A stretch of DNA of 64,000 bases, taken from assembly GCA_001725155.1 (NCBI GenBank), contig MEFP01000017.1, forward strand, positions 2,338-66,337. Reading direction: 5' to 3'. The notes under the pieces were generated by a model. It searched no databases and was not told the origin of the DNA. It worked only from the letters and a program-made list of their open reading frames with translations. Origin of the DNA: Lysobacteraceae bacterium SCN 69-320 (GTDB taxonomy: Bacteria; Pseudomonadota; Gammaproteobacteria; Xanthomonadales; Rhodanobacteraceae). The position numbers were made by a program, and so were the translations under genes. Of the stretch, positions 55,795 through 64,000 are shown one piece after another (position 1 is the first letter of the stretch; each line of letters begins with the position of its first letter).

Positions 55795-57198
55795 ATGGCT
55801 GCGCCGGTTCGATTGCGGCAAGGTCGCCGGGCTGCATGCCTGGGCTGGCTCGTCGTTGCGGCGGCGGTCGGCCCGGCCGCGGCCGCCGCGCAGGAGCCGG
55901 CGGCGACGGCGCTGGATTTCGGCGCGGCGCGGCAGCGCCTGCTGCAGGTTTCCGACGCACTGTCGGCGGCCGAAGCCAACGCCGGCGCCAAGCAGCAGCT
56001 GGCCGAAGCCACGCGCGCGCTGCGGCTGCCGGAAATTTCCGGCGAACTGCAGCGGCTGGAACTCAGAAAGACGCTGGAACTGCCGCTGGGCTCGCTCGCG
56101 CCGGTTGCCGAGGAATACGGCATTCAATCGCCGCTGGTCTTCATCGACCAGAAATGGCACACCCGGCCGCTGGTCAAGGCCACGTTGCCGCTTTATACCG
56201 GCGGGCAGATTCCGGCAGCGCAGAGCGCTGCCAGGGCCGCCGTCGCGCAGGCCGACGCCGAACGCGCCTTGCAGGCGCAGACGCTGGTGCCGCAATTGGT
56301 ACAGGTGTATTTCGGCGCGCAGCTCGCCGAACAGGCGCTGGCCGTGCGCCGCGATACGCGCGAAGGTCTGGAGCGTCATCTGCACAATGCCGAGCGCCTG
56401 GAGCAGGAAGGTTTCGCGACCAAGGCGCAGCGCCTGCAGGCCGTGGTCGCGCGCGACCAGGCCGAACGCGAATACCAGAAGGCGGTCAACGATCTTGCCT
56501 CCATGCGTGCGGCGCTCGCGCTGCTGTTGCGCTCCGATACTGCGATCGCGCCGATCACGCCGCTGTTCGTTAACCGCGCACCGCTGCAGCCGCTGCAGAC
56601 GTTCCGCGACACGGCGCTGGACGGCCATCCGCAGCTCACACGGCTGGACGCGCTGGTCGAGCAGGCCGGGCAGGGCGTGCGCGTGCAGCAGGCCAGACTC
56701 AAGCCGCAGATCTATGCCTTCGGCCAATACGACCTGCGCCGCCGCGACGCCTTGCTGACCGAGCCCGACTGGGTGTTCGGCGTGGGCCTGCGCTACACCT
56801 TCCTGTCCGGCAGCGGTCGCGATCATCAGATCGCCGCCGCGCGCGAACAGCAGCTGCAGGCCGAGGCCGGCCTGCGCGAAGCGCGCAACCGCATCGAGAT
56901 CGGTGTGACCCAGGCCTACAACGCCGCCGACACGGCGCGGCAGCAGTACCTGCTGCTGGAAAGCTCGATCGTCCGCGCCGAGGAAAACCTGCGTCTGCAG
57001 GAACTCGCGTTCCGCGAAGGCCAGGCGACCTCGCTCGACCTCATCGACGCGCGGCTTGCGCTCGGCGGCGCACGCATCGAGCGCGCCCAGGCGGCCTATC
57101 AGTTCGACTTCGCATTGGCCCAGCTGCTCGAAGCCAGCGGCCAGGCCGAACGCTACGAGGACTATCTGCGCACGGCAGAAGAGGTGCTGATCCCATGA
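55795..57198 (+). CDS. TolC family outer-membrane protein
   Basis: Signal peptide, LPLYTGG, QVYFG, W.FGVGL, F.EG..TSLDLIDA. Start moved to ATG 55795 (GGAGG upstream). Confidence 0.88.
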   Translation: MAAPVRLRQGRRAACLGWLVVAAAVGPAAAAAQEPAATALDFGAARQRLLQVSDALSAAEANAGAKQQLAEATRALRLPEISGELQRLELRKTLELPLGSLAPVAEEYGIQSPLVFIDQKWHTRPLVKATLPLYTGGQIPAAQSAARAAVAQADAERALQAQTLVPQLVQVYFGAQLAEQALAVRRDTREGLERHLHNAERLEQEGFATKAQRLQAVVARDQAEREYQKAVNDLASMRAALALLLRSDTAIAPITPLFVNRAPLQPLQTFRDTALDGHPQLTRLDALVEQAGQGVRVQQARLKPQIYAFGQYDLRRRDALLTEPDWVFGVGLRYTFLSGSGRDHQIAAAREQQLQAEAGLREARNRIEIGVTQAYNAADTARQQYLLLESSIVRAEENLRLQELAFREGQATSLDLIDARLALGGARIERAQAAYQFDFALAQLLEASGQAERYEDYLRTAEEVLIP

Positions 57199-58229
57199 AT
57201 TCGCCATCGCCGTCCGAGCCGGCGTTCCGGGCCGACCGCGATCCGCCGCCGCGTCGGCGCGGTCTCGCACTGGCGCTGCTCGTACTCGTTCTGCTGCTGG
57301 TCGCCGGCGGCATCTGGCTCGCGTTCCGCGGCGGCGGCGATCTCGTGCAGGGCATGGCCGATGCCGACAGCGTCAACGTCGCGGCGAAGATCAGTGCGCG
57401 CGTCGCGCAATTGCATGTGCGCGAAGGCGACCGCGTCGAAGCGGGCCAGCTGCTGTTCGAGCTCGACAGTCCCGAAGTCGCGGCCAAGCACAGCCAGGTA
57501 TCGGCCGTGCTCGAAGCCGCGCAGGCGCAGTCGGACAAGGCCAACGAAGGCGCGCGCAGCGAGGAGATCCGTGCGGCCGAAGCGAACTGGCGACGCGCAC
57601 TCGCCGCGAACGAGCTGGCCCAGTCGACCTGGCGCCGGCTCGACACCTTGTATGGCGAAGGCGTCGTCAGCCGCCAGCGCCGCGACGAAGCCCAGGCCCA
57701 GGCACGCAGCAGCGCCGAGCTGCAGGCCGCCGCGCGCGCGCAGTATGACCAGGCGCTGGCCGGCGCGCGCCGGCAGGATCGCGAGGCGGCTTCGGCGCAG
57801 GTGCGTCAGGCCGAAGGCGCCGTCGCCGAAGTGCGCGCGGCGCAGGACGAAGTCGCGGCGCATGCGCCGCTGGCCGGAGAGATCGGCAAGCGTCTGGCCG
57901 ACGTCGGCGAGCTCGTGCCGGCCGGCTATCCGGTATTCACGGTCGTGGACGTCGACCACCTCTGGGTGTCGCTGAATCTGCGCGAGGACCAGTTCGCCGG
58001 CACGCGCCCGGGGCGCAGCCTGCGCGGCGACATTCCGGCGCTCGGTCTCAAGGGGGTTGAGTTTCGCGTCTACTACATCAGCCCGGCCGGCGACTACGCG
58101 ACCTGGCGCGCGACGCGCCAGTCCAGCGGCTACGACGTGAAGAGCTTCGAGATCCGCGCACGGCCGGCGCAGCCGGTCAAGGATTTCCGGCCCGGCATGA
58201 GCGTGCTGTTTCCGTGGCCGCAGCAGTGA
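57195..58229 (+). CDS. HlyD family membrane fusion protein (YbhG/YhiI-like)
   Basis: N-terminal TM, AAKISARV..L.V.EGD.V..GQLL, GDYATWRATRQ..GYD..SFEIRARP, RPGMSV. Confidence 0.9.
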   Translation: MNSPSPSEPAFRADRDPPPRRRGLALALLVLVLLLVAGGIWLAFRGGGDLVQGMADADSVNVAAKISARVAQLHVREGDRVEAGQLLFELDSPEVAAKHSQVSAVLEAAQAQSDKANEGARSEEIRAAEANWRRALAANELAQSTWRRLDTLYGEGVVSRQRRDEAQAQARSSAELQAAARAQYDQALAGARRQDREAASAQVRQAEGAVAEVRAAQDEVAAHAPLAGEIGKRLADVGELVPAGYPVFTVVDVDHLWVSLNLREDQFAGTRPGRSLRGDIPALGLKGVEFRVYYISPAGDYATWRATRQSSGYDVKSFEIRARPAQPVKDFRPGMSVLFPWPQQ

Positions 58230-59395
58230 ATGCGGAAGGCCGCGCCGGGGCGCTGCTCGCTTCGGCGCGGCGCGAGCTGCGCTTCCTGCGCCGCAATCCG
58301 GCCGACCTGCTGCTGGTCACGGTATTTCCGCTCGCGATGCTCGCGGCGCTGGCCTGGCTGCTGTCGGCCGCGGTGATCCGCGAGCTGCCGATCGCCTACG
58401 TCGACCAGGACGGCGGCAGCCTCGGCCGCGCGCTCGCGCGCAAGCTCGACGCGAGCCCGGGCCTGCGCGTTGCCGCGCAGCCGCGCGATCTGGCCGAGGC
58501 CTGGTCGCTGGTGCGCAGCCTGCAGGTCTATGCCGTGGTCTACCTGCCGCCGAACGCCGCACGCGATCTGCAGCGGCAGGGCAGCGGCACGGTGTTCTCC
58601 TACTACAACGCGAGCTATCTGACCGCCGGCCAGGGCGCCTCGCGCGACATCGCCGCAGCGATCGGCGCGCTCAACCTCGACGTGCTGCAGGAACAGGTCG
58701 CGCTGCGCAGCGGCCCGGCTTCGTTGCGCCCGCCGCCGGTGACGGTGCAGAGCGCGATCCTGTTCAATTCGGCACGCAGCTTCGAATATTTCCTGCTCGG
58801 CCTGCTGTTTCCCGCCGTGCTGCATCTGGTCGCCTGCCTGGCCATGGCCGGCGCGCTCGGCCGGGAAATCCGCGACGGCAGCCATGCCGGCTGGCTCGCA
58901 TCGTCGCCGGCGCCGGTTTTCGCCGTCGTCGGCAAGCTGTTGCCCTACTTCGTGCTGTTCGTCGGCTACGGCGCGCTGGGCACGGGTTATCTGATCGCGC
59001 TGCACGGCGGCGTCGGCGCCGCGCAGCTTGCGATGCTGCTGCTGGCCCAGCTCGCGCTCTATGCCGCGTGCGCGGCGATCACGCTGCTGCTCGTGGGCCT
59101 GACGCGCGACATGGGCAAGGCGCTGTCCTTCGTCGGTCTCTACGTCGGTACGGCCATGGCATTCTCGGGCGCGACGTTTCCGGTCGTCGACGCACCGCTG
59201 TTCACGCGCGTCTGGAACACGCTGCTGCCGCTGACCGCCTACGTGAAACTGCAGGCACAGCAGCTGACCATGGGCGCGCCGGCGACGGCGTCGCTGCCGG
59301 CGCTGGGTACCCTGCTGCTGTTCGTGCTGGTGCCGGCACTCATCGGCCTGCGCACCTATCTGGCTGCCGCGGACGCCGCCGGGCGCGCACCATGA
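58214..59395 (+). CDS. ABC-2 type permease (YbhS-like)
   Basis: N-terminal TM, LPIAYVDQD, periplasmic domain, FSGATFP, five C-terminal TMs; the start may be GTG 58226. Confidence 0.85.
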   Translation: MAAAVNAEGRAGALLASARRELRFLRRNPADLLLVTVFPLAMLAALAWLLSAAVIRELPIAYVDQDGGSLGRALARKLDASPGLRVAAQPRDLAEAWSLVRSLQVYAVVYLPPNAARDLQRQGSGTVFSYYNASYLTAGQGASRDIAAAIGALNLDVLQEQVALRSGPASLRPPPVTVQSAILFNSARSFEYFLLGLLFPAVLHLVACLAMAGALGREIRDGSHAGWLASSPAPVFAVVGKLLPYFVLFVGYGALGTGYLIALHGGVGAAQLAMLLLAQLALYAACAAITLLLVGLTRDMGKALSFVGLYVGTAMAFSGATFPVVDAPLFTRVWNTLLPLTAYVKLQAQQLTMGAPATASLPALGTLLLFVLVPALIGLRTYLAAADAAGRAP

Positions 59396-60519
59396 AAGCG
59401 TTCGTGGCCGAGCTGCTGGCGACCTGGCGCGACGTGTTCGGCGACAGCTATGCCGTCGTCACGATGATCGGCGCGATCGTGCTGTATTCGCTGTTCTATC
59501 CGGCGGCCTACCGGCACGAAGTGGCCAGCAATCTGCCCGTCGTCGTCGTCGACGAGGACCACAGTGCGCTTGGCCGCGACCTGCTGCGGCGCGTGGAGAC
59601 CTTGCGCGTCGTGCGCGTCAGCGGTTTCGCCGTGTCGATGGAAGAGGCGCGCCGTGGCGTGGAGCGCGGCGAGTACGAAGGCATACTCGCGATCCCGGCC
59701 GGTTTCGAGCGCGACAGCCGCACGGGCGGCGGTCATCTCGTGATACTCGGCAACGGCGCGTTTCTCGGCCGCGCGAGTTCGGTGCTGGCCGGCCTCGGCG
59801 ACGCGATCGGCGGCTGGGCCGTGGACTTCGCCGTCGACCAGGCTAAGGTCAGGGGCGCACCGACGCGGCCGCCGTTCCGCGTCGTGCAGCGGCCGCTGTT
59901 CAATACGCGCGAAGGCTACGGCAGCGGCGTCGTGCCGGGTGTGGCCGAGCTCATCGTGCACCAGACCCTGCTGATCGGCATCGGCGTCGTGCTCGGCGGA
60001 CGCCGCCAGCGCAACGCCGGCTCGCGCCTGAGCCTGAGCGCGACGCGCCTGACCGGCATGCTGGCCGCGTTCGCCGCCATCGGCCTGCCGGGGCTGCTGT
60101 ACTTCACCGGGCTGACGTTCTGGGTGCAGGACTATCCGCGCGGCGGCAATCTGTCGGGCCTGCTCGTCGGCGGGCCGTTGTTCATCGCGGCGACCGGCCT
60201 GTTCGCGATGTTCCTCGGCAGCTTCTTCGCCACGCGCGAGCGCGCGTTCCAGTACGTCACGGCCAGCTCGCTGCTGCTGTTCTTCCTGGCCAACCTCAGC
60301 TGGCCGGCGACATCGACGCCGCTGCCGTTGCTGCTGGTCGCGAAACTGCTGCCGACCACCGCCGGCATCACCGCGATGGTCAAGTTCAACCAGATGGGCG
60401 CAAGCCTGCAGGAGGCCGCGCCGCAGCTGCTCAACCTGTTCCTGCTGGTCGTGCTCTACGGGCTGCTCGTACTGTGGCGTTTCCGTCGTGTGCCGCGCAG
60501 TGCGCGCGGCGCGGACTGA
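59392..60519 (+). CDS. ABC-2 type permease (YbhR-like)
   Basis: FYPAAY, LPVVVVDEDHS, LFN..EGYGS.VVPGV, LSWP, LLPTT.GI; ATGA overlap. Confidence 0.85.
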   Translation: MKAFVAELLATWRDVFGDSYAVVTMIGAIVLYSLFYPAAYRHEVASNLPVVVVDEDHSALGRDLLRRVETLRVVRVSGFAVSMEEARRGVERGEYEGILAIPAGFERDSRTGGGHLVILGNGAFLGRASSVLAGLGDAIGGWAVDFAVDQAKVRGAPTRPPFRVVQRPLFNTREGYGSGVVPGVAELIVHQTLLIGIGVVLGGRRQRNAGSRLSLSATRLTGMLAAFAAIGLPGLLYFTGLTFWVQDYPRGGNLSGLLVGGPLFIAATGLFAMFLGSFFATRERAFQYVTASSLLLFFLANLSWPATSTPLPLLLVAKLLPTTAGITAMVKFNQMGASLQEAAPQLLNLFLLVVLYGLLVLWRFRRVPRSARGAD

Positions 60520-60679
60520 CGGCCGCCGGCAGATCGCTTCGGCCTCGGCCCGAGGCGCTTGGCGTCCGCCGACGATTGCGCCCCCGCTCCCTGCGGAAGC
60601 GGGGAAGATGCAGGACAGTGCGTCGATTCGACTCGTGCCGCGAACGCCGGCCGATCAGCCGGCGCCCGCCGATTTCCGC

Positions 60680-62425
60680 TCAGTACTTCTGCAGCAGCAC
60701 GCTGCGGTTCACGCCGTCGACGTTGTAGGTGAAGTTGGCCTGTGCGCCCGACGTGAAATTCAGGGTGAAGGTGCCGACCTGGGTCAGCGCGCGCGCGTCC
60801 GGGTTGTAGGTCGGTCCCCACGGCGAGCCCGTGAACTTCACGACGCGGCCGCCGGCGACGTCGGTCGCGCTCCACTGCGGATCGAGCTGATACCAGGACG
60901 GACGGCCCTGACTGTCGTAGACGAACCAGACCGCGAACAGCGTGTTGCCGAACTGGAACATGCTGATGCCGCGGCCGCCTTCGGTGCGCACGTCCCACTG
61001 GCCGGTGTAGTCGCGCGACGGGCCCGGGCCGGTCGAGGCCGGCACGAGGTATTGCTCGATCGACGGGAAGATCAGGTCGAGGCGCGAATAGACGTCCACA
61101 TTGCCCGAGGATTCGCCCTGTCCCGAGTTGCTGCACGACGCGCTGCCGCCGAACAGTCCGCCGCGCAGTTGGTAGCCGCCGTTGGTCGCTATCGTGAACA
61201 GGCCCGAGCCGCTGCTGCCGCCTTCGGTCGTGCCCTGGCTCCACGACGACTTCCAGGTGCTGGTGGCGGTCTGGCCGTCGAACGTGACGTTCTCGCGCGT
61301 GCCGCTGTTGTTGCCGATGCTGACCTTCTTGATGTCGCCCGAAGGATGGTGGATGCCGGTGACTGCGACCGGCGGCGTCAGCGGATTGGCGTTCCAGCCG
61401 GCGAAGACCGCGCCGGCCGGCGGCGTCGAATTGAGTTTGAGCAGGGCGCCGTCGGTACTGCCCTGCGAATACAGCAGCTGCGCGCCGCCGGTCAGCTGGG
61501 TGTTCGGGCCGGACTGGTCGACGCCGCAGGTCGGCGTCTCGTAGTTCCAGAACGTCGCCAGCGACGAGGCTTCGCTCTGGTCGCCGATGCAGTGATGCGC
61601 GGTGAAGAACCACGGTATCTGGCTGCTGTCGTCGGTGTCGTTGAGCAAGGTGCCGGTGCAGGTATAGCTGCCGCCGCCGGACTGGAACACCATGCGCGCG
61701 ACCGCGTTCTTGGCGTTGACGAAGGACTGGCCGAGGCTGCCGGTGCGGCAGACCACGTCGATGTTGCAGGAGCCCGAATCGCCGAGCGCCTTGCTGTGCG
61801 CGGCGGTCAGCGGCGACACGAGCAGGTGCGACAGCGAGTCCACGCGCAGCGCGACGCCGGCGGGGTCGATGCCGGCCGGCACGAACAGTTCGAGCTGCTG
61901 GCGTTCGCCCTCGGTCACCGCGGTCCAGAACACGCCGTCGCCATCGGCCTGATTGCGCGCGGCGGCCGCGTCGGTCGCATGGATCACGCCGTCGGCGCCG
62001 GCCACGCGCAGCTCCACGCCGTCGGGCCAGTTCTTGCCGCGCAGGCCGACGCGCAGCGCCACGGCGCCCGGCGAGGCCACGTCCAGGCGCAGTACGGCGC
62101 CGCCGTCGACGTACTGCAGCTGCGGCTGCGGCAGATCATCGACGGCTTCGCTCGCGATGCCGCGGCTGATGCCGATCTGCAGGCGGCGATTGCCGTTGCT
62201 TTCGTTGCGCCGCTTGACGGCCGCGGCGCGCTCGTCGGCCAGCGCCGGCAGCTGCAGCAGCGGGGCGACCGCGGCGGCCTTGGCGCCGCTGCGCCAGTGC
62301 TCGGATTTCGGCGCAGCGGCCGCATCGACGCGAAGTGCTTCGCTGGAGGTTTCCAGGATGACGGCCGCCTGGGCGCCGCCGGTCAGCAGCAGGGACAGGA
62401 CCAGGCTCAAAGAGCGCACTTTCAT
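60680..62425 (-). CDS. Secreted trypsin-like (S1) serine protease, lysyl-endopeptidase/protease IV-like, with propeptide and C-terminal beta-rich module
   Basis: Signal peptide; CNIDVVC, CTGTLLN, TAHHC (His), TDGALL (Asp), GTTEGGSSGSGL (Ser); C-terminal DYTGQW...GGRG module. Start moved to ATG 62425. Confidence 0.85.
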   Translation of the reverse strand: MKVRSLSLVLSLLLTGGAQAAVILETSSEALRVDAAAAPKSEHWRSGAKAAAVAPLLQLPALADERAAAVKRRNESNGNRRLQIGISRGIASEAVDDLPQPQLQYVDGGAVLRLDVASPGAVALRVGLRGKNWPDGVELRVAGADGVIHATDAAAARNQADGDGVFWTAVTEGERQQLELFVPAGIDPAGVALRVDSLSHLLVSPLTAAHSKALGDSGSCNIDVVCRTGSLGQSFVNAKNAVARMVFQSGGGSYTCTGTLLNDTDDSSQIPWFFTAHHCIGDQSEASSLATFWNYETPTCGVDQSGPNTQLTGGAQLLYSQGSTDGALLKLNSTPPAGAVFAGWNANPLTPPVAVTGIHHPSGDIKKVSIGNNSGTRENVTFDGQTATSTWKSSWSQGTTEGGSSGSGLFTIATNGGYQLRGGLFGGSASCSNSGQGESSGNVDVYSRLDLIFPSIEQYLVPASTGPGPSRDYTGQWDVRTEGGRGISMFQFGNTLFAVWFVYDSQGRPSWYQLDPQWSATDVAGGRVVKFTGSPWGPTYNPDARALTQVGTFTLNFTSGAQANFTYNVDGVNRSVLLQKY

Positions 62426-62635
62426 GATCGACTCCAGCAATGAATCCAAGGGCCTGTGCCGGCCCGGCTTCGGATAATACGCCGAGGGGCAAAGAATCCT
62501 GTCAGATGGCGCAGGCCGTTGATCGGCGGGCTGCAGCGCCGGTTCCGTCGTCGTTTCGCCACGAAACGATGACGGCGCATTAACCTGTCCACGCGTATAC
62601 CGGCTACCCCAGCCACCGCGATTCCCGAGGACGCC

Positions 62636-62845
62636 ATGAACGAGCGTCGCACCGTTGTTTCGCCGTTGCGCATGCCGGCGCAGAGCACCGATCGCATCGA
62701 CCTGTCCTCGCATTGGGAACTGACCTACTGGGCAACGCAGTGGGGCGTGTCACCCGAACAGATCGTCAGGGCCGTCGCCTCCGTCGGCACGAACCTGCGC
62801 CTCGTGCGGCGCGAATGCGCAGCCGTGCGCAGCTTGCGGGTCTGA
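62636..62845 (+). CDS. DUF3606 family small protein
   Basis: DRIDLS..WEL.YWA..WGVS.EQI..AV..VG....V. Confidence 0.8.
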   Translation: MNERRTVVSPLRMPAQSTDRIDLSSHWELTYWATQWGVSPEQIVRAVASVGTNLRLVRRECAAVRSLRV

Positions 62846-63309
62846 TCCGTCCCGGCTCGACAGCGAGCGGACAGGTTCCGGGGTCGCCGGCTGCTGCCGG
62901 CGATGGTGAAGCGACTTTCTGCCGTTTCGACTGACCTGCGCGCAGGCGTGGCCGCGTGTGCCGGCTACCGCCGTTTCCCCCTGCGATCGTTCGTGGTCAT
63001 GCCGTGATGTCCGCCGTCGGCGGCCGCGCGGCGGTCCGGCACTTCCCGGCCGCTCCGTCTGGCGGCCGAGTGCGGCGACGCGAACGCGGCGGGTCTGTCC
63101 CGTGCGGCCGGTCCTGCCGCGGCGGCGTGAACCGCTCACATCGGCGGCGACGGCTGGCCGGGCAAGGCTTCGGCAGCGGCGCGCACTTGTCGTTCGCGAC
63201 CTTCCGCGCCCGCGGCGCAGGCCAGAGTCCGTGCCGCCGTCACGGCTGCGCTGCCCCCGGCACTGCCGGTCCTCCGAAAATAAGCGCTGCGAATCAAGCA
63301 ATTGGCCGC

Positions 63310-63330
63310 AAAGATAAAATAAAGATCTTT
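63310..63330 (+). promoter_or_regulatory. AT-rich element with aaagat direct repeat (11-bp period) and aaagatcttt palindrome
   Basis: Only AT-rich patch in the ~640-bp gap upstream of the last gene. Confidence 0.35.
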
Positions 63331-63491
63331 TCGGCGTTGTGCGGGCAGTGGCTCGCGTTCCAGGTTCGTGGAGCGCCAGCTTCTGTCCGGACAACCGGCA
63401 CCGACCGCTACCCGCGGTCGGTGCCCCCCTGAGCTCCGGATGCGTCGTTGCCGCTCCATCGTCACGAACATCCTGTGGAGGGAGAGGGTTC

Positions 63492-64000
63492 ATGATTCGT
63501 ACTGTTCTGCCTGAAAGCCGCAAGGCCCTGGGCGTGCTGCCGTCCTTGCTGATCGGTCTGCTCGCCGCGTCCTCGGCCTATGCCATCCAGCCCAATGTCG
63601 ATACCGGCATCAAGCCCAAGCTGTCGCGTCCGTTCCTTGCGCCCGAGCTGCACGTCACGCCGAGCCAGGAGGCCAGCGTCACCCTGGGCTCCGAACCGTC
63701 GCGCGCCTACGGCGCCGCGGCGACATTCCAGCAACGCTACGGCGGCAGCTGGGAAATGCGCTGGGACCGCCGCGCCGACCGGCCCAACCTGATCCAGGGC
63801 TCCGGCGTGCCGCTGATTCCGGGCCGCGGCAATGCGCTGACTCTGCAGGCCATGGGCCTGCGCGCGAGCGAGACCGTCGACCTGGCCGTCGTCGAGGCGC
63901 GCCTGCTCGACTTCGTCGCGGCGAACGCCGACCTGCTCAAGACCAACGGTCTCGAGTTCACGCTGGATACCGACAGCAGCGTCGCCTACGGCAAGGACAA
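63492..64000 (+). CDS. 5' part of a secreted protein, possibly an M36/M4-type metallopeptidase propeptide (truncated by window end)
   Basis: SD ggagaggg, signal peptide ending SAYA, F..RYGGSW..RWD....P..I.GSG.PL; frame open to the window end; no catalytic motif visible. Confidence 0.55.
   Translation, partial: MIRTVLPESRKALGVLPSLLIGLLAASSAYAIQPNVDTGIKPKLSRPFLAPELHVTPSQEASVTLGSEPSRAYGAAATFQQRYGGSWEMRWDRRADRPNLIQGSGVPLIPGRGNALTLQAMGLRASETVDLAVVEARLLDFVAANADLLKTNGLEFTLDTDSSVAYGKD

Noticed and set aside
1-64000. CRISPR arrays, tRNA/rRNA, transposases, prophage or defence genes
   Set aside because: No regularly spaced repeats or recognisable motifs found by eye; dedicated scans (tRNAscan-SE, CRISPRCasFinder, DefenseFinder) were not run

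Overview
A ~70% GC chromosomal window that looks like Xanthomonadales/Rhodanobacteraceae (Tahibacter- or Dokdonella-like). That assignment is inferred from gene content, an Ax21-type porin, REP types and secreted-protein architecture. It holds about 56 CDS. Housekeeping genes include lpxH, trmL, glpD, class Ia nrdAB under a cobalamin riboswitch and a NrdR box, and queF. There is an oleA-oleB-(M50B)-oleC olefin locus with no oleD and a beta-hydroxyacid dehydrogenase in its place. Other loci are a DsbD/ScsB-redoxin pair, a DUF1800/DUF1501 pair, xdhC-mocA, a two-component system with a CzcA-type RND operon, a TolC-HlyD-permease-permease exporter without an ATPase, and many secreted hydrolases. 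I saw no rRNA, tRNA, CRISPR array, transposase or integrase; two families of REP-like repeats are present. Best leads: (1) a short D-x-I-F-x-[DN]-G-[FY]-[EQ] tag at the extreme C-terminus of two unrelated secreted proteins and at the mature N-terminus of a third, a candidate undescribed sorting or docking signal; (2) two tandem orphan GspG-like pseudopilin-head proteins with no prepilin cleavage site and a hydrophobic segment at each end; (3) the remodelled ole locus; (4) a shared C-terminal beta-rich 'GxW..G.G' module on unrelated secreted enzymes. All calls come from manual reading of motifs; no database searches were run. Several starts were moved from the ORF track to more plausible downstream ATGs.
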